From contig JANOAV010000096.1 of assembly GCA_031411295.1 (NCBI GenBank), positions 1 to 10,433 on the forward strand: a stretch of DNA of 10,433 nt, read 5' to 3'. Positions 1 to 7,300 of this stretch are shown one piece after another. The translations under genes and the position numbers were made by a program. The stretch's first letter is position 1. Each line of letters opens with the position of its first letter. Under the pieces are notes generated by a model. The model ran no database searches. It was not told the DNA's origin and saw nothing but the letters and a program-made list of their open reading frames with translations. This DNA is from Verrucomicrobiales bacterium (GTDB taxonomy: Bacteria; Verrucomicrobiota; Verrucomicrobiia; Verrucomicrobiales; V1-33).

Positions 1-70
<70 letters not shown>

Positions 71-120
71 ACGTTTCAAAGGCCTTATAGCAGTGGAGCC
101 AACTGTTCCACACTCACACA

Positions 121-156
121 ACAAAGGGTGGGGCAACTGAATGCCCCACCCTTTGT
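121..156 (-). terminator. Intrinsic terminator downstream of sodA
   Basis: Perfect 15-bp inverted repeat, acaaagggtggggca (121-135) and tgccccaccctttgt (142-156), with a 6-nt loop. It lies 21 nt past the sodA stop, and the minus strand continues U-rich (ctttgttgtgtg). Confidence 0.85.
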
Positions 157-177
157 GAAATGCGGAGATTGGCTGGC

Positions 178-777
178 TTACAGGCGGGCAGCGACTGCGT
201 CCCAGTTCACGACGTTCCAGAAGGCGTCGATATAAGCGGGGCGGAGGTTCTGATAGTTCAGGTAGTAGGCGTGTTCCCACACGTCCAGACCCAGCAGCGG
301 GGTGCCGCTGTTGTCCATCAGCGGATTGTCCTGATTCGGCGTGGAGGTGATAGCCAGTTTGCCGTCCTTGGAGACGAGCCAAGCCCACCCGGAACCGAAG
401 CGGCCGATCCCAGCTTTCTTGAAAGCTTCCTTGAAGGCGTCAAAGGTGCCAAACGCTTCATTGATGGCTTCCGCCAGCTTGCCAGTCGGCGCGCCACCCT
501 TGCCGGGGGCCATGCTGTTCCAGAAGAACGTGTGGTTCCAATGACCACCACCATTGTTGCGCACGGGACCACGAATGGCTTCCGGCACGTCGTTAATTTT
601 CTTGCAGAGATCGTCGATGCTCAGCGCTTCCAGGTCCGCATTGCCAGCGATGGCGGCGTTTAGATTGGTGACATAAGCGTTGTGATGCTTGGAGTGGTGA
701 ATGTTCATCGTCCGGGCATCAATGCTCGGTTCCAAGGCGTCTTCAGCGTAAGGGAGGGCAGGTAAGGTATGGGCCAT
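178..777 (-). CDS. sodA: Superoxide dismutase, Fe/Mn family, probably Mn-type (199 aa)
   Basis: Start moved from the ORF-track 816 to the ATG at 777, which gives the canonical N-terminus [11 protein letters not shown]. Motifs present: [29 protein letters not shown] and DVWEHAYY. The GGG and NQD signatures are typical of Mn-SODs. Confidence 0.96.
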   Translation of the reverse strand: MAHTLPALPYAEDALEPSIDARTMNIHHSKHHNAYVTNLNAAIAGNADLEALSIDDLCKKINDVPEAIRGPVRNNGGGHWNHTFFWNSMAPGKGGAPTGKLAEAINEAFGTFDAFKEAFKKAGIGRFGSGWAWLVSKDGKLAITSTPNQDNPLMDNSGTPLLGLDVWEHAYYLNYQNLRPAYIDAFWNVVNWDAVAARL

Positions 778-942
778 AATGTTCGTTTGGTGTGGTTTGG
801 GTTGTTGAAATCGCACGGGGCGTTTGCAAGGAGTTACTCCGAGAAATTTAGGAACTTTGCAACGGGTTGTTTACCCCATAGGGAGGGGATTTAAGTATGG
901 CTGGGAAAAAATTAGAATTCGCGTGGTGGGCACGGAAGAGAG

Positions 943-1848
943 TCAGGAGAGAATCATCCGTCGAGCCTTTTCCTCACTCATACCGGACGCGATGAGCTTG
1001 GCGATCAATTCAGACTTTGCCTTTGCCTCGCCAATGGCTTCCCCTTCAGCTCGACCTTCAGCTCGACCTTCGGCCCGCCCCTCCGCCCGCCCCTCTGCCC
1101 GGCCTTCGGCGCGACCTTCAGACAACTTTCCTGAGATCAAGGTCCGCTCGGAACTAATCACATCCCAGTAACGGTCATACGCTTCCAGTTCGCCCGGAGT
1201 AAATCCAGCTTCCCCTGACAAATCCAGCGCAGTCTGAATTTCCGGAGACTGACTGGCAACTTCTTCGCGAAATGCCGCCTGTGCTGCCGCCGTTGAAGTA
1301 GAGCCTGTTTCCCGCAAGAAACGAATCCACGCGCGCTTCAGTGGCGCCATGGCCGAGGTGACTTTGAATTTTGGCAACTCAATAAACACCAACTGCAAAT
1401 CCTTAATAACTCGCTCTGGCTGGCCCACATTGACCAATTGATAGTGATGATAACATTCGTCGCTCTTCCGATCGAAAATATCATCCAGCAAAGAAAGCCC
1501 CATCACTGGCTGGAGCAGTTCGTATTGTTCCCCGCGTTCCAATTGTCGCACGTAAGCCTTGCTGGCGTTGAAAAGGACGCGTTGCAGAAAGGCCGTGGTC
1601 CAGTTCATCTGCATTTCCACGATGAACTGTCGGCCTTGCTCATCGCGACACCGCACGTCCACAATGGAATGTTTCAATAACGGCAACTGCGGCACTTGCT
1701 CGGCGGATAAATACTCCAACGAAACGATCTGCCCATCCTCGGGCAATGGCAGCAGGGCATTGAGGAACGAGCGCAAAATGTGCGGATGTTCGCCAAAAAT
1801 GCGTTTAAAAACAATATCGTTCTTCGGGTCTAAATACCGCTGGGCCAT
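943..1848 (-). CDS. Rpn-family recombination-promoting nuclease / PD-(D/E)XK nuclease family 'putative transposase' (301 aa)
   Basis: N-terminal DPKNDIVFKRIFG, catalytic-type IVDVRCRD...FIVEMQ, QRVLFNASKAY, FIELPKF and a C-terminal (EGRA)n repeat followed by a short helical tail. All of these are characteristic of this family. Confidence 0.9.
   Translation of the reverse strand: MAQRYLDPKNDIVFKRIFGEHPHILRSFLNALLPLPEDGQIVSLEYLSAEQVPQLPLLKHSIVDVRCRDEQGRQFIVEMQMNWTTAFLQRVLFNASKAYVRQLERGEQYELLQPVMGLSLLDDIFDRKSDECYHHYQLVNVGQPERVIKDLQLVFIELPKFKVTSAMAPLKRAWIRFLRETGSTSTAAAQAAFREEVASQSPEIQTALDLSGEAGFTPGELEAYDRYWDVISSERTLISGKLSEGRAEGRAEGRAEGRAEGRAEGRAEGEAIGEAKAKSELIAKLIASGMSEEKARRMILS
1036..1119 (-). 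repeat. In-frame 12-bp tandem repeat encoding (EGRA)x6 plus EGEA
   Basis: Units read on the + strand: ggcttccccttc, agctcgaccttc x2, ggcccgcccctc, cgcccgcccctc, tgcccggccttc, ggcgcgaccttc. Confidence 0.95.
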
Positions 1849-1853
1849 TCCAT

Positions 1854-1882
1854 AGCTTGCCCGGCCGAAGCGGGGTTGTCAA
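1854..1882 (-). promoter_or_regulatory. Candidate sigma70 promoter of the Rpn gene, probably giving a leaderless transcript
   Basis: On the minus strand: TTGACA (1882-1877), a 17-nt spacer, CAAGCT (1859-1854), then only 5 nt before the ATG at 1848. Confidence 0.6.
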
Positions 1883-1979
1883 CTTGGGCTTGTGGCTGGC
1901 GCACGTTACACGTTAACAGCACAAATCAGCGTTTCGAATTTCGCTGCATTTCTGTCCAAAAACGTCCCTCCTTTGTGGT

Positions 1980-2672
1980 TTAGGGTTGATGGAAAAACTC
2001 CACACGACCGGTCTCCAGATGGTAAATTCCTCCAGTGATTGCGAGTTTCCCCTCACGCTCCAGTTTCGCTAAAATGGGGCTCTGGGAGCGGATTGCAGCC
2101 ACCACCTGCCTCACGTTTTCAGAGGACACCAGATCTTCGAAAGCCGGTCCGGCATGGGCGCAATTTGGGTTAGATATGACCTTGCGGACTGCTGGTTTGA
2201 TCTTTTCAAGAAGTCCCGTCACGTGGCCCAGTTTGGTGTTGGCACACGCTCCACTGACAGCTCCACAACGGGTGTGACCGACGACCATGATGGCTTTAGC
2301 ACCTGCTTTGGCGGTGGCAAATTCAAGGCTTCCCAGGACATCATCGCTGAGCACATTGCCGGCCACTCGGGCGCTGAAGATATCCCCAATTCCTTGATCA
2401 AAGATCAACTCATTCGAAGCTCGTGAATCAATACAACCCAGCACTGCGGCAATGGGATGCTGGCCAGATGCGGTCTGCTTGGCCTGTGCGACCAGATCGC
2501 GATGGATGCGGCGTCCCGAGGCGAAGCGGTCGTTTCCTTGTTGCAGAGCCTTGAGAGCCTCTTGTGGGGAAATCGAGGATTGAGATTCCTTCGTTTGCAC
2601 TTTGGAGGTGGCACAGTTGGTCAGGGTGGCCAGCGCGATCAGCGCCAGCGCTTGGTAGAATGGATGTTTCAT
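1980..2672 (-). CDS. Beta-class carbonic anhydrase with a probable lipoprotein signal peptide (230 aa)
   Basis: Zn-ligand motifs GCIDSR and GHTRCGAV, plus LQQGNDRF, ELIFDQGIGDIFSARVAGN, GSLEFA and YHLETGRVEF. The N-terminus is MKH + a hydrophobic stretch + LTNC (Cys20). Confidence 0.93.
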   Translation of the reverse strand: MKHPFYQALALIALATLTNCATSKVQTKESQSSISPQEALKALQQGNDRFASGRRIHRDLVAQAKQTASGQHPIAAVLGCIDSRASNELIFDQGIGDIFSARVAGNVLSDDVLGSLEFATAKAGAKAIMVVGHTRCGAVSGACANTKLGHVTGLLEKIKPAVRKVISNPNCAHAGPAFEDLVSSENVRQVVAAIRSQSPILAKLEREGKLAITGGIYHLETGRVEFFHQP

Positions 2673-2690
2673 GATGTTAGTATGGTTTGG

Positions 2691-3671
2691 TTACGATTGC
2701 AGAAAGAATTTAGCGAAGCCGTGATAGAGCGGAATGCCGAACACGATATTGAAAGGGAAGGTCATCGCGAGAGACGACGTGAAGTAGAGCGCAGGGCTCG
2801 CCTGCGGCAGGGCGATCCGCACGGCGGCGGGGGCTGCGATGTAAGATGCGCTGGCGGCCAGGGTGGCGAGCACCGTGGTGCCGCCAAGCCCGAGTCCGCA
2901 CCATTTTCCGACCAGGGCACCGAGAAGGCCGTGGAGGATCGGGATGGCGATGGCAAAGGCTACGAGCCGCCATCCGACGGTCTTCAGCTCATGCAATCTC
3001 CGGCCCGTGACCAGGCCTACTTCCAGCAGGAACAGGGTCAGCACCCCCTTGAAAGGAGCATCGAACATCGGGGCCACTTGCTCGAATCCTTTTTTCCCGG
3101 AAACAAATCCGATGGCTAAGCCTCCCAGGAGCAGGATGATGCCTTTGCCAGTAAGTAGGTCGTGCAGCAAATGTTTGAATCCCCCAGCGGTGGAGGAGGT
3201 GGCGGGGTTTTTCCTCAGGGCGAGAAACACCGCCACGATGATGGCCGGGGCTTCCATGACGGCCAGCAAGGCGGGAATGAAGCCTTCGACCGGGATCTTG
3301 GCATTCTCCAGAAAAGCCAGCGCAGCACTGAAGGTGACCGCCGACACCGAGCCATAGTGCGCTGCGATGGCTCCGGCATTGATCGAATCCAGCCGGACAA
3401 AACCCTTCAGGATGTAGAAGCTCCAGATGGGAATGGTGATGCTCAGTAAAATGGCACCAAGCAGCGGTCCGCCCACTACGCTTAGGCTGACGCCCTCCAG
3501 CTTCATCCCTCCTTTGAGACCGATGGCAAAGAGCAGGTAGATCGTCAGGGCGGACTGCAACTCCTCGGGAAATTTCAAATCGCTCTTCAGCAGGGTGGCG
3601 ACGATGCCCAGGGCGAAGGCCAGGACCATGGGTGAGAGCAGACTGGCGGAGAGAGATTGCAGGAGTTCCAT
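2691..3671 (-). CDS. Sodium-dependent bicarbonate transport family permease, SbtA-like (326 aa)
   Basis: Very hydrophobic, with about 10 predicted TM segments. Family motifs: KSDLKFP, IYLLFAIGLKGG, AIAAHYGSVSAVTF, MEAPAIIVA, FKGVLTLFLLEVG, LAASASYIAAPAAVRIALP and TFPFNIVFGIPLY. Confidence 0.92.
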   Translation of the reverse strand: MELLQSLSASLLSPMVLAFALGIVATLLKSDLKFPEELQSALTIYLLFAIGLKGGMKLEGVSLSVVGGPLLGAILLSITIPIWSFYILKGFVRLDSINAGAIAAHYGSVSAVTFSAALAFLENAKIPVEGFIPALLAVMEAPAIIVAVFLALRKNPATSSTAGGFKHLLHDLLTGKGIILLLGGLAIGFVSGKKGFEQVAPMFDAPFKGVLTLFLLEVGLVTGRRLHELKTVGWRLVAFAIAIPILHGLLGALVGKWCGLGLGGTTVLATLAASASYIAAPAAVRIALPQASPALYFTSSLAMTFPFNIVFGIPLYHGFAKFFLQS

Positions 3672-3716
3672 GATGAGTTTGTGGGTGGTGCTTGCGTTGG
3701 GTTGAATTCTGGTGTT

Positions 3717-3745
3717 AATTTACTTGAATCAAAATACATGAACAA
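3717..3745 (-). promoter_or_regulatory. Candidate sigma70 promoter of the permease-CA operon
   Basis: On the minus strand: TTGTTC (3745-3740), a 17-nt spacer, then TAAATT (3722-3717), 45 nt upstream of the ATG at 3671. The region is AT-rich, so chance matches are possible. Confidence 0.45.
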
Positions 3746-3758
3746 TAATTCAGGTATT
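3733..3758. promoter_or_regulatory. Palindromic candidate operator for the divergent regulator
   Basis: AATACATGAA-caataa-TTCAGGTATT, a 10-6-10 inverted repeat with one mismatch, in the middle of the divergent intergenic region. Confidence 0.6.
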
Positions 3759-3789
3759 ACAGTGCAATTATTGAACGTCAACCCGAAAT

Positions 3790-4110
3790 ATGAAAAAAGC
3801 TGCCATCCCAAGTCCCGAGCCCGCTGGCTGGACCTTCTTCACGAATCATGCGCATGTGCTGCTCTGCCTGGCGGCTGATCCTGAAATGCGACTGCGGGAT
3901 CTCGCGACGGCGGTTGGCATCACGGAACGCGCCGTCCACAAGGTGGTGTCTGAACTGGAGGCGGGCGGGGTTCTGGCACGGGAAAAACAGGGCCGCCGCA
4001 ACGTTTACACGATTCACGGCAAGCAACCGTTGCGCCATCCGGTGGAGTCCCACTGCACCGTCCAGGGGATGATCAGGTTCGTGCTGGAAGCAAAACCGAC
4101 TCAACGCTAA
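3790..4110 (+). CDS. Winged helix-turn-helix transcriptional regulator, ArsR/MarR-like (106 aa)
   Basis: WTFFTNHAHVLLCLA, HTH region MRLRDLATAVGITERAVHKVVSELEAGG, wing REKQGRRNVY and C-terminal PLRHPVE. It is divergent from the permease gene. Confidence 0.88.
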   Translation: MKKAAIPSPEPAGWTFFTNHAHVLLCLAADPEMRLRDLATAVGITERAVHKVVSELEAGGVLAREKQGRRNVYTIHGKQPLRHPVESHCTVQGMIRFVLEAKPTQR

Positions 4111-4272
4111 AACTATTGTTGGGGCCCAACCGTCACACCGGCAGGTGCAACAGCCTCAGGATGTCCGAGTAGAGGCGAACGCGGTAGATGAATCAGTCGA
4201 AATACGGGACCAACGCGGCTTTGTGGACGTTAAACGACCGTTTCTTTAGGGGGATTCCCTATCGTTTTCATC

Positions 4273-4301
4273 TTGTCGGCTTAGCGGAAATTTCGTTTAA
4301 T
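4273..4301 (+). promoter_or_regulatory. Candidate sigma70 promoter of the PEP-CTERM gene
   Basis: TTGTCG (4273-4278), a 17-nt spacer, then TTTAAT (4296-4301), ending 28 nt before the ATG at 4330. Confidence 0.5.
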
Positions 4302-4329
4302 CGCTTACAAGTATCCCCGTTCTCAAATT

Positions 4330-7300
4330 ATGACATTACGTTCCCGCTTCCGTCCGCTTTCCTTCAAGTTGAAGTTGACCTCCGCCCGCAGCCTCTGCGG
4401 AGCGTGGGTGCTTGGTTTGACGTTGGCATCACTCCCGGTTGCGTTGCACGCGGAGGATTGGAATGTGTTTTCCGGGAACTGGAGTGCTCCGCTTAACTGG
4501 AATCCGACGACGGTGCCGAATGCTTCCGATGCGAATCTCGTGAATGGTGGGACCGCCACGGTGGACTCGGCGGTCACCAATGCCCTGACACTCAAAATCA
4601 ACAGTGCCAGCGTGCTCAACGTTCAGGCTGGTGGAGCCCTCACTGCGGATACCGGAGAAATCGGTGATGGTTCCGCAGGAACGATTAACGTCAGCGGTGG
4701 CACCCTCACATTTTCCAACCACGTCAACTTTGGCACAGGCGGAGGTATCGGGATCATCAATCAGACGGGTGGCACCGTCAATGCTAACGGTCAGTGGATG
4801 GCGATCGGGCTGGGCGGCGGGGCAGCGGGTTCGGCTTATAATTTGAGCGGTGGCACTCTGGCCACTTTGGTGGGGGTTGAAGTGGGGTCGGATCGGGCCG
4901 GTGATATGACGATCTCCGGGACGGGCCTAGCCAATATTGGGGGGACGGTCGAAGTCGGGGTCCGCAACGGCTCCAACGGTCACCTGACAGTTGGTTCCGG
5001 CACCCTCAACGCGGCCTCGATCAGCATTGGATCACGCCAAAGTCTTGCCTCTGGGTTGGTGGATATGAATGGCACGGGCGTGATCAATCTCACCGGAGCG
5101 CTCATCGTGGGGAATTCTGGCACCGGCACGTTTACCCAAACGGGCGGCACCCTGAATATGAATGGCAACCAGATTCTGGTGGGCGAGCAGGCGGGCGGGA
5201 TGGGAACATTTAATTTTTCCGCTTGGACGATTAATAACTTGGGTTCCATCTTTGCTGGAAGAAACGGCGGCACGGGCGTCTTCAACCAAACCGGCGGAAC
5301 CATTGGATTCAACGGCGGGGTGCAAGCGGCACTGGGAACGGGTGCTGGCAGCACGGGGACGATTAATGTTTCCGGTGGCAGCACGGTGATGAACAATACG
5401 TCTGGCGCAGATTGGCAAATTGGATTCAACGGCGGGACGGGGAATTTCAATGTCACCGCGGGCGGCACCGTGAACCACAACTGGTGGCTGAATGTGGCGC
5501 GCGGCGGTGGCTCGGTTGGCAACGTGAAGGTTGATGGCACGAACTCCAAAATCCAGTTAAGCGCAGGGCAGGTGAACATTGGGGAAGATGGCATCGGCAC
5601 TTTGGAGGTTAAGAATGGTGGTAAATTTAGTTCCACGGAGGAATTCTCCATCGGTCGCAATGGTGGTAGTAACGGGACGGTGACTCTCGCAGGGGCGGGG
5701 AGCTTGATCGATTTAACAGGTGATATCTATGTTGGCAGAAACGGCACGGGGACATTTAGCCAATCGAACGGCACGCTGGACCTGCATGGCAGGCGCATCC
5801 AAGTTGCCGATGGGGCCAACAGCATAGGCACGGTGAATCTGACCGGCGGCACGGTGGCTAATTCCCAGTGGTTTCATGTCGGTAGCAATCTTGGCTCCCT
5901 GGGCACAGTGAACATGAACTACACGGACTCTGCGACGATCCTGCAAACGGATCGGATCTACGTGGGGAATAACAACGGCACGGGGATCATGAATGTGCAA
6001 AGTGGGCGGCTGCGTTTAAATACCTTTGGGGAAGTCGGACGCGGAGGTGGCACGGGCACCTTGAATGTCTCTGGGGCGGGCCGCGTCGAGGCTTTCACCG
6101 GTGGTAGTGTGGATGATTTCTTCCGGGTTGGAGGGATAGACGGAGCTTCGGGCAATGGCACCGTGAATATCACCGCCGGGGGGCAACTCACGACTAACAA
6201 CGGCTGGCTCACGATGGGGCAGAACGATGGCAGTGTGGGCTTAACCAAAGTGTCCGGAACGGGGTCATCACTCACGGCTCGCGGCATGATCGTGGGATGG
6301 AGTGGTTCCGGGAAAGGAACATTAACGATCGAGAATAACGCGGTGGCGACGAATTTCGGTCACGAACTGAGTATCGGCCGAGATCATGCGAATACCGAGG
6401 GCATTGTTAACATCACCAGTGGAGGCACCCTGAATGCCGGTAATGACGCCCGGATCGGCCATAACGGGAAGGGCACCGTAAATATTAACGCCGGCACCTT
6501 CAATGGTCAGGGCGGGTGGATCTACATTGGTGATGGTGGGGCGTCCAATGGAACGCTTAATGTGACCAATGGGGTCTTTAATAACGTGGCGGGAACGATG
6601 ATCGGAAATAACGTAGGAGCCATTGGCACGGTGAATGTGACTGGCACCTCTACCTTCACCAGTGGGGAAGTCATGATGGTCGGCCGATACGGGAAAGGGA
6701 CCTTTAATCAAAACGGTGGGGTGGTAAATGCCAATCAATGGATGGGCATTGGGGGCGATGGCAGTGGTGCGGATGGAACCTATAAGTTGGGAGCGGATAA
6801 CGTGAGCGGAGGCAGGCTCAACGTCGCCTCGGAACTCTATGTAGGGAGATTGGCCTCGACCGGGCTGCTGGAACTGGGCACTGGGTCAATTCTGAGCATT
6901 GGTAACGTATTAAACATCGCTCAGGAAAGCGCAGCCGCTCGCGGCACGGTCCTGAACCACGGCGGCGCAATCACGGTCGGTGGCGAACTGAACGTGGGGG
7001 TCACCACCGCTGGGGCGGTGGGAGTTTATACCCAGACCTCCGGCTCCCTGACGGCCAATGGCATGGGGGGAGCAGGCGGAAACGATGCCAACACGGTGGG
7101 GCGCGATGGCGCTACCGGAACCTTAAGCATCAACGGCGGCACCGCCCAGATCAACGGAGGGCTGAATGTGGGCCGTGGCGGTGGTATTGGCGAGGTAAAC
7201 ATTGGTGGCGGCACCATGAATCATGATGGCTGGTTGACCGTGGGCAGAGATGGCGCAGGCACGGGCACGGTAAATGTTAGGAATAACGGAGTTTACACCC

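Noticed and set aside
160..663. Plus-strand ORFs antisense to sodA (160-663, 341-544) and the alternative-frame ORF 318-572
   Set aside because: These are shadow ORFs of a well-supported gene and have no recognisable motifs.
778..816. N-terminal extension of SOD in the ORF track (start at 816)
   Set aside because: Family homology begins at MAHTLP (ATG 777). The extension is simply the A/C-rich leader.
1036..1119. Possible CRISPR-like array
   Set aside because: The units are 12-bp, contiguous and spacerless, vary at synonymous positions and lie inside a CDS. No cas genes are present.
824..1171. ORF with (SARP)n repeat
   Set aside because: It is the antisense reading of the EGRA repeat of the Rpn gene.
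943..1848. Rpn gene as an insertion sequence
   Set aside because: I found no terminal inverted repeats or target duplications. The 'transposase' label of this family is historical.
2035..3449. Multiple overlapping ORFs across the CA and permease genes (e.g. 2457-3119, 2863-3357)
   Set aside because: They are antisense or alternative-frame shadows, expected in GC-rich coding DNA.
178..3671. Single four-gene operon linking bicarbonate uptake with SOD
   Set aside because: The genes are co-oriented, but the gaps are 131 and 165 nt and the Rpn gene has its own promoter candidate. A functional link is unsupported.
3778..4104. Minus-strand 108-aa ORF opposite the regulator
   Set aside because: The plus-strand frame has a clear wHTH signature and this one has none.
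4111..4272. Possible riboswitch or ncRNA upstream of the PEP-CTERM gene
   Set aside because: Only short stems are present (gttgg/ccaac, gcctc/gaggc, taggg/cccta). I recognise no aptamer consensus, and the best promoter candidate lies downstream of them.
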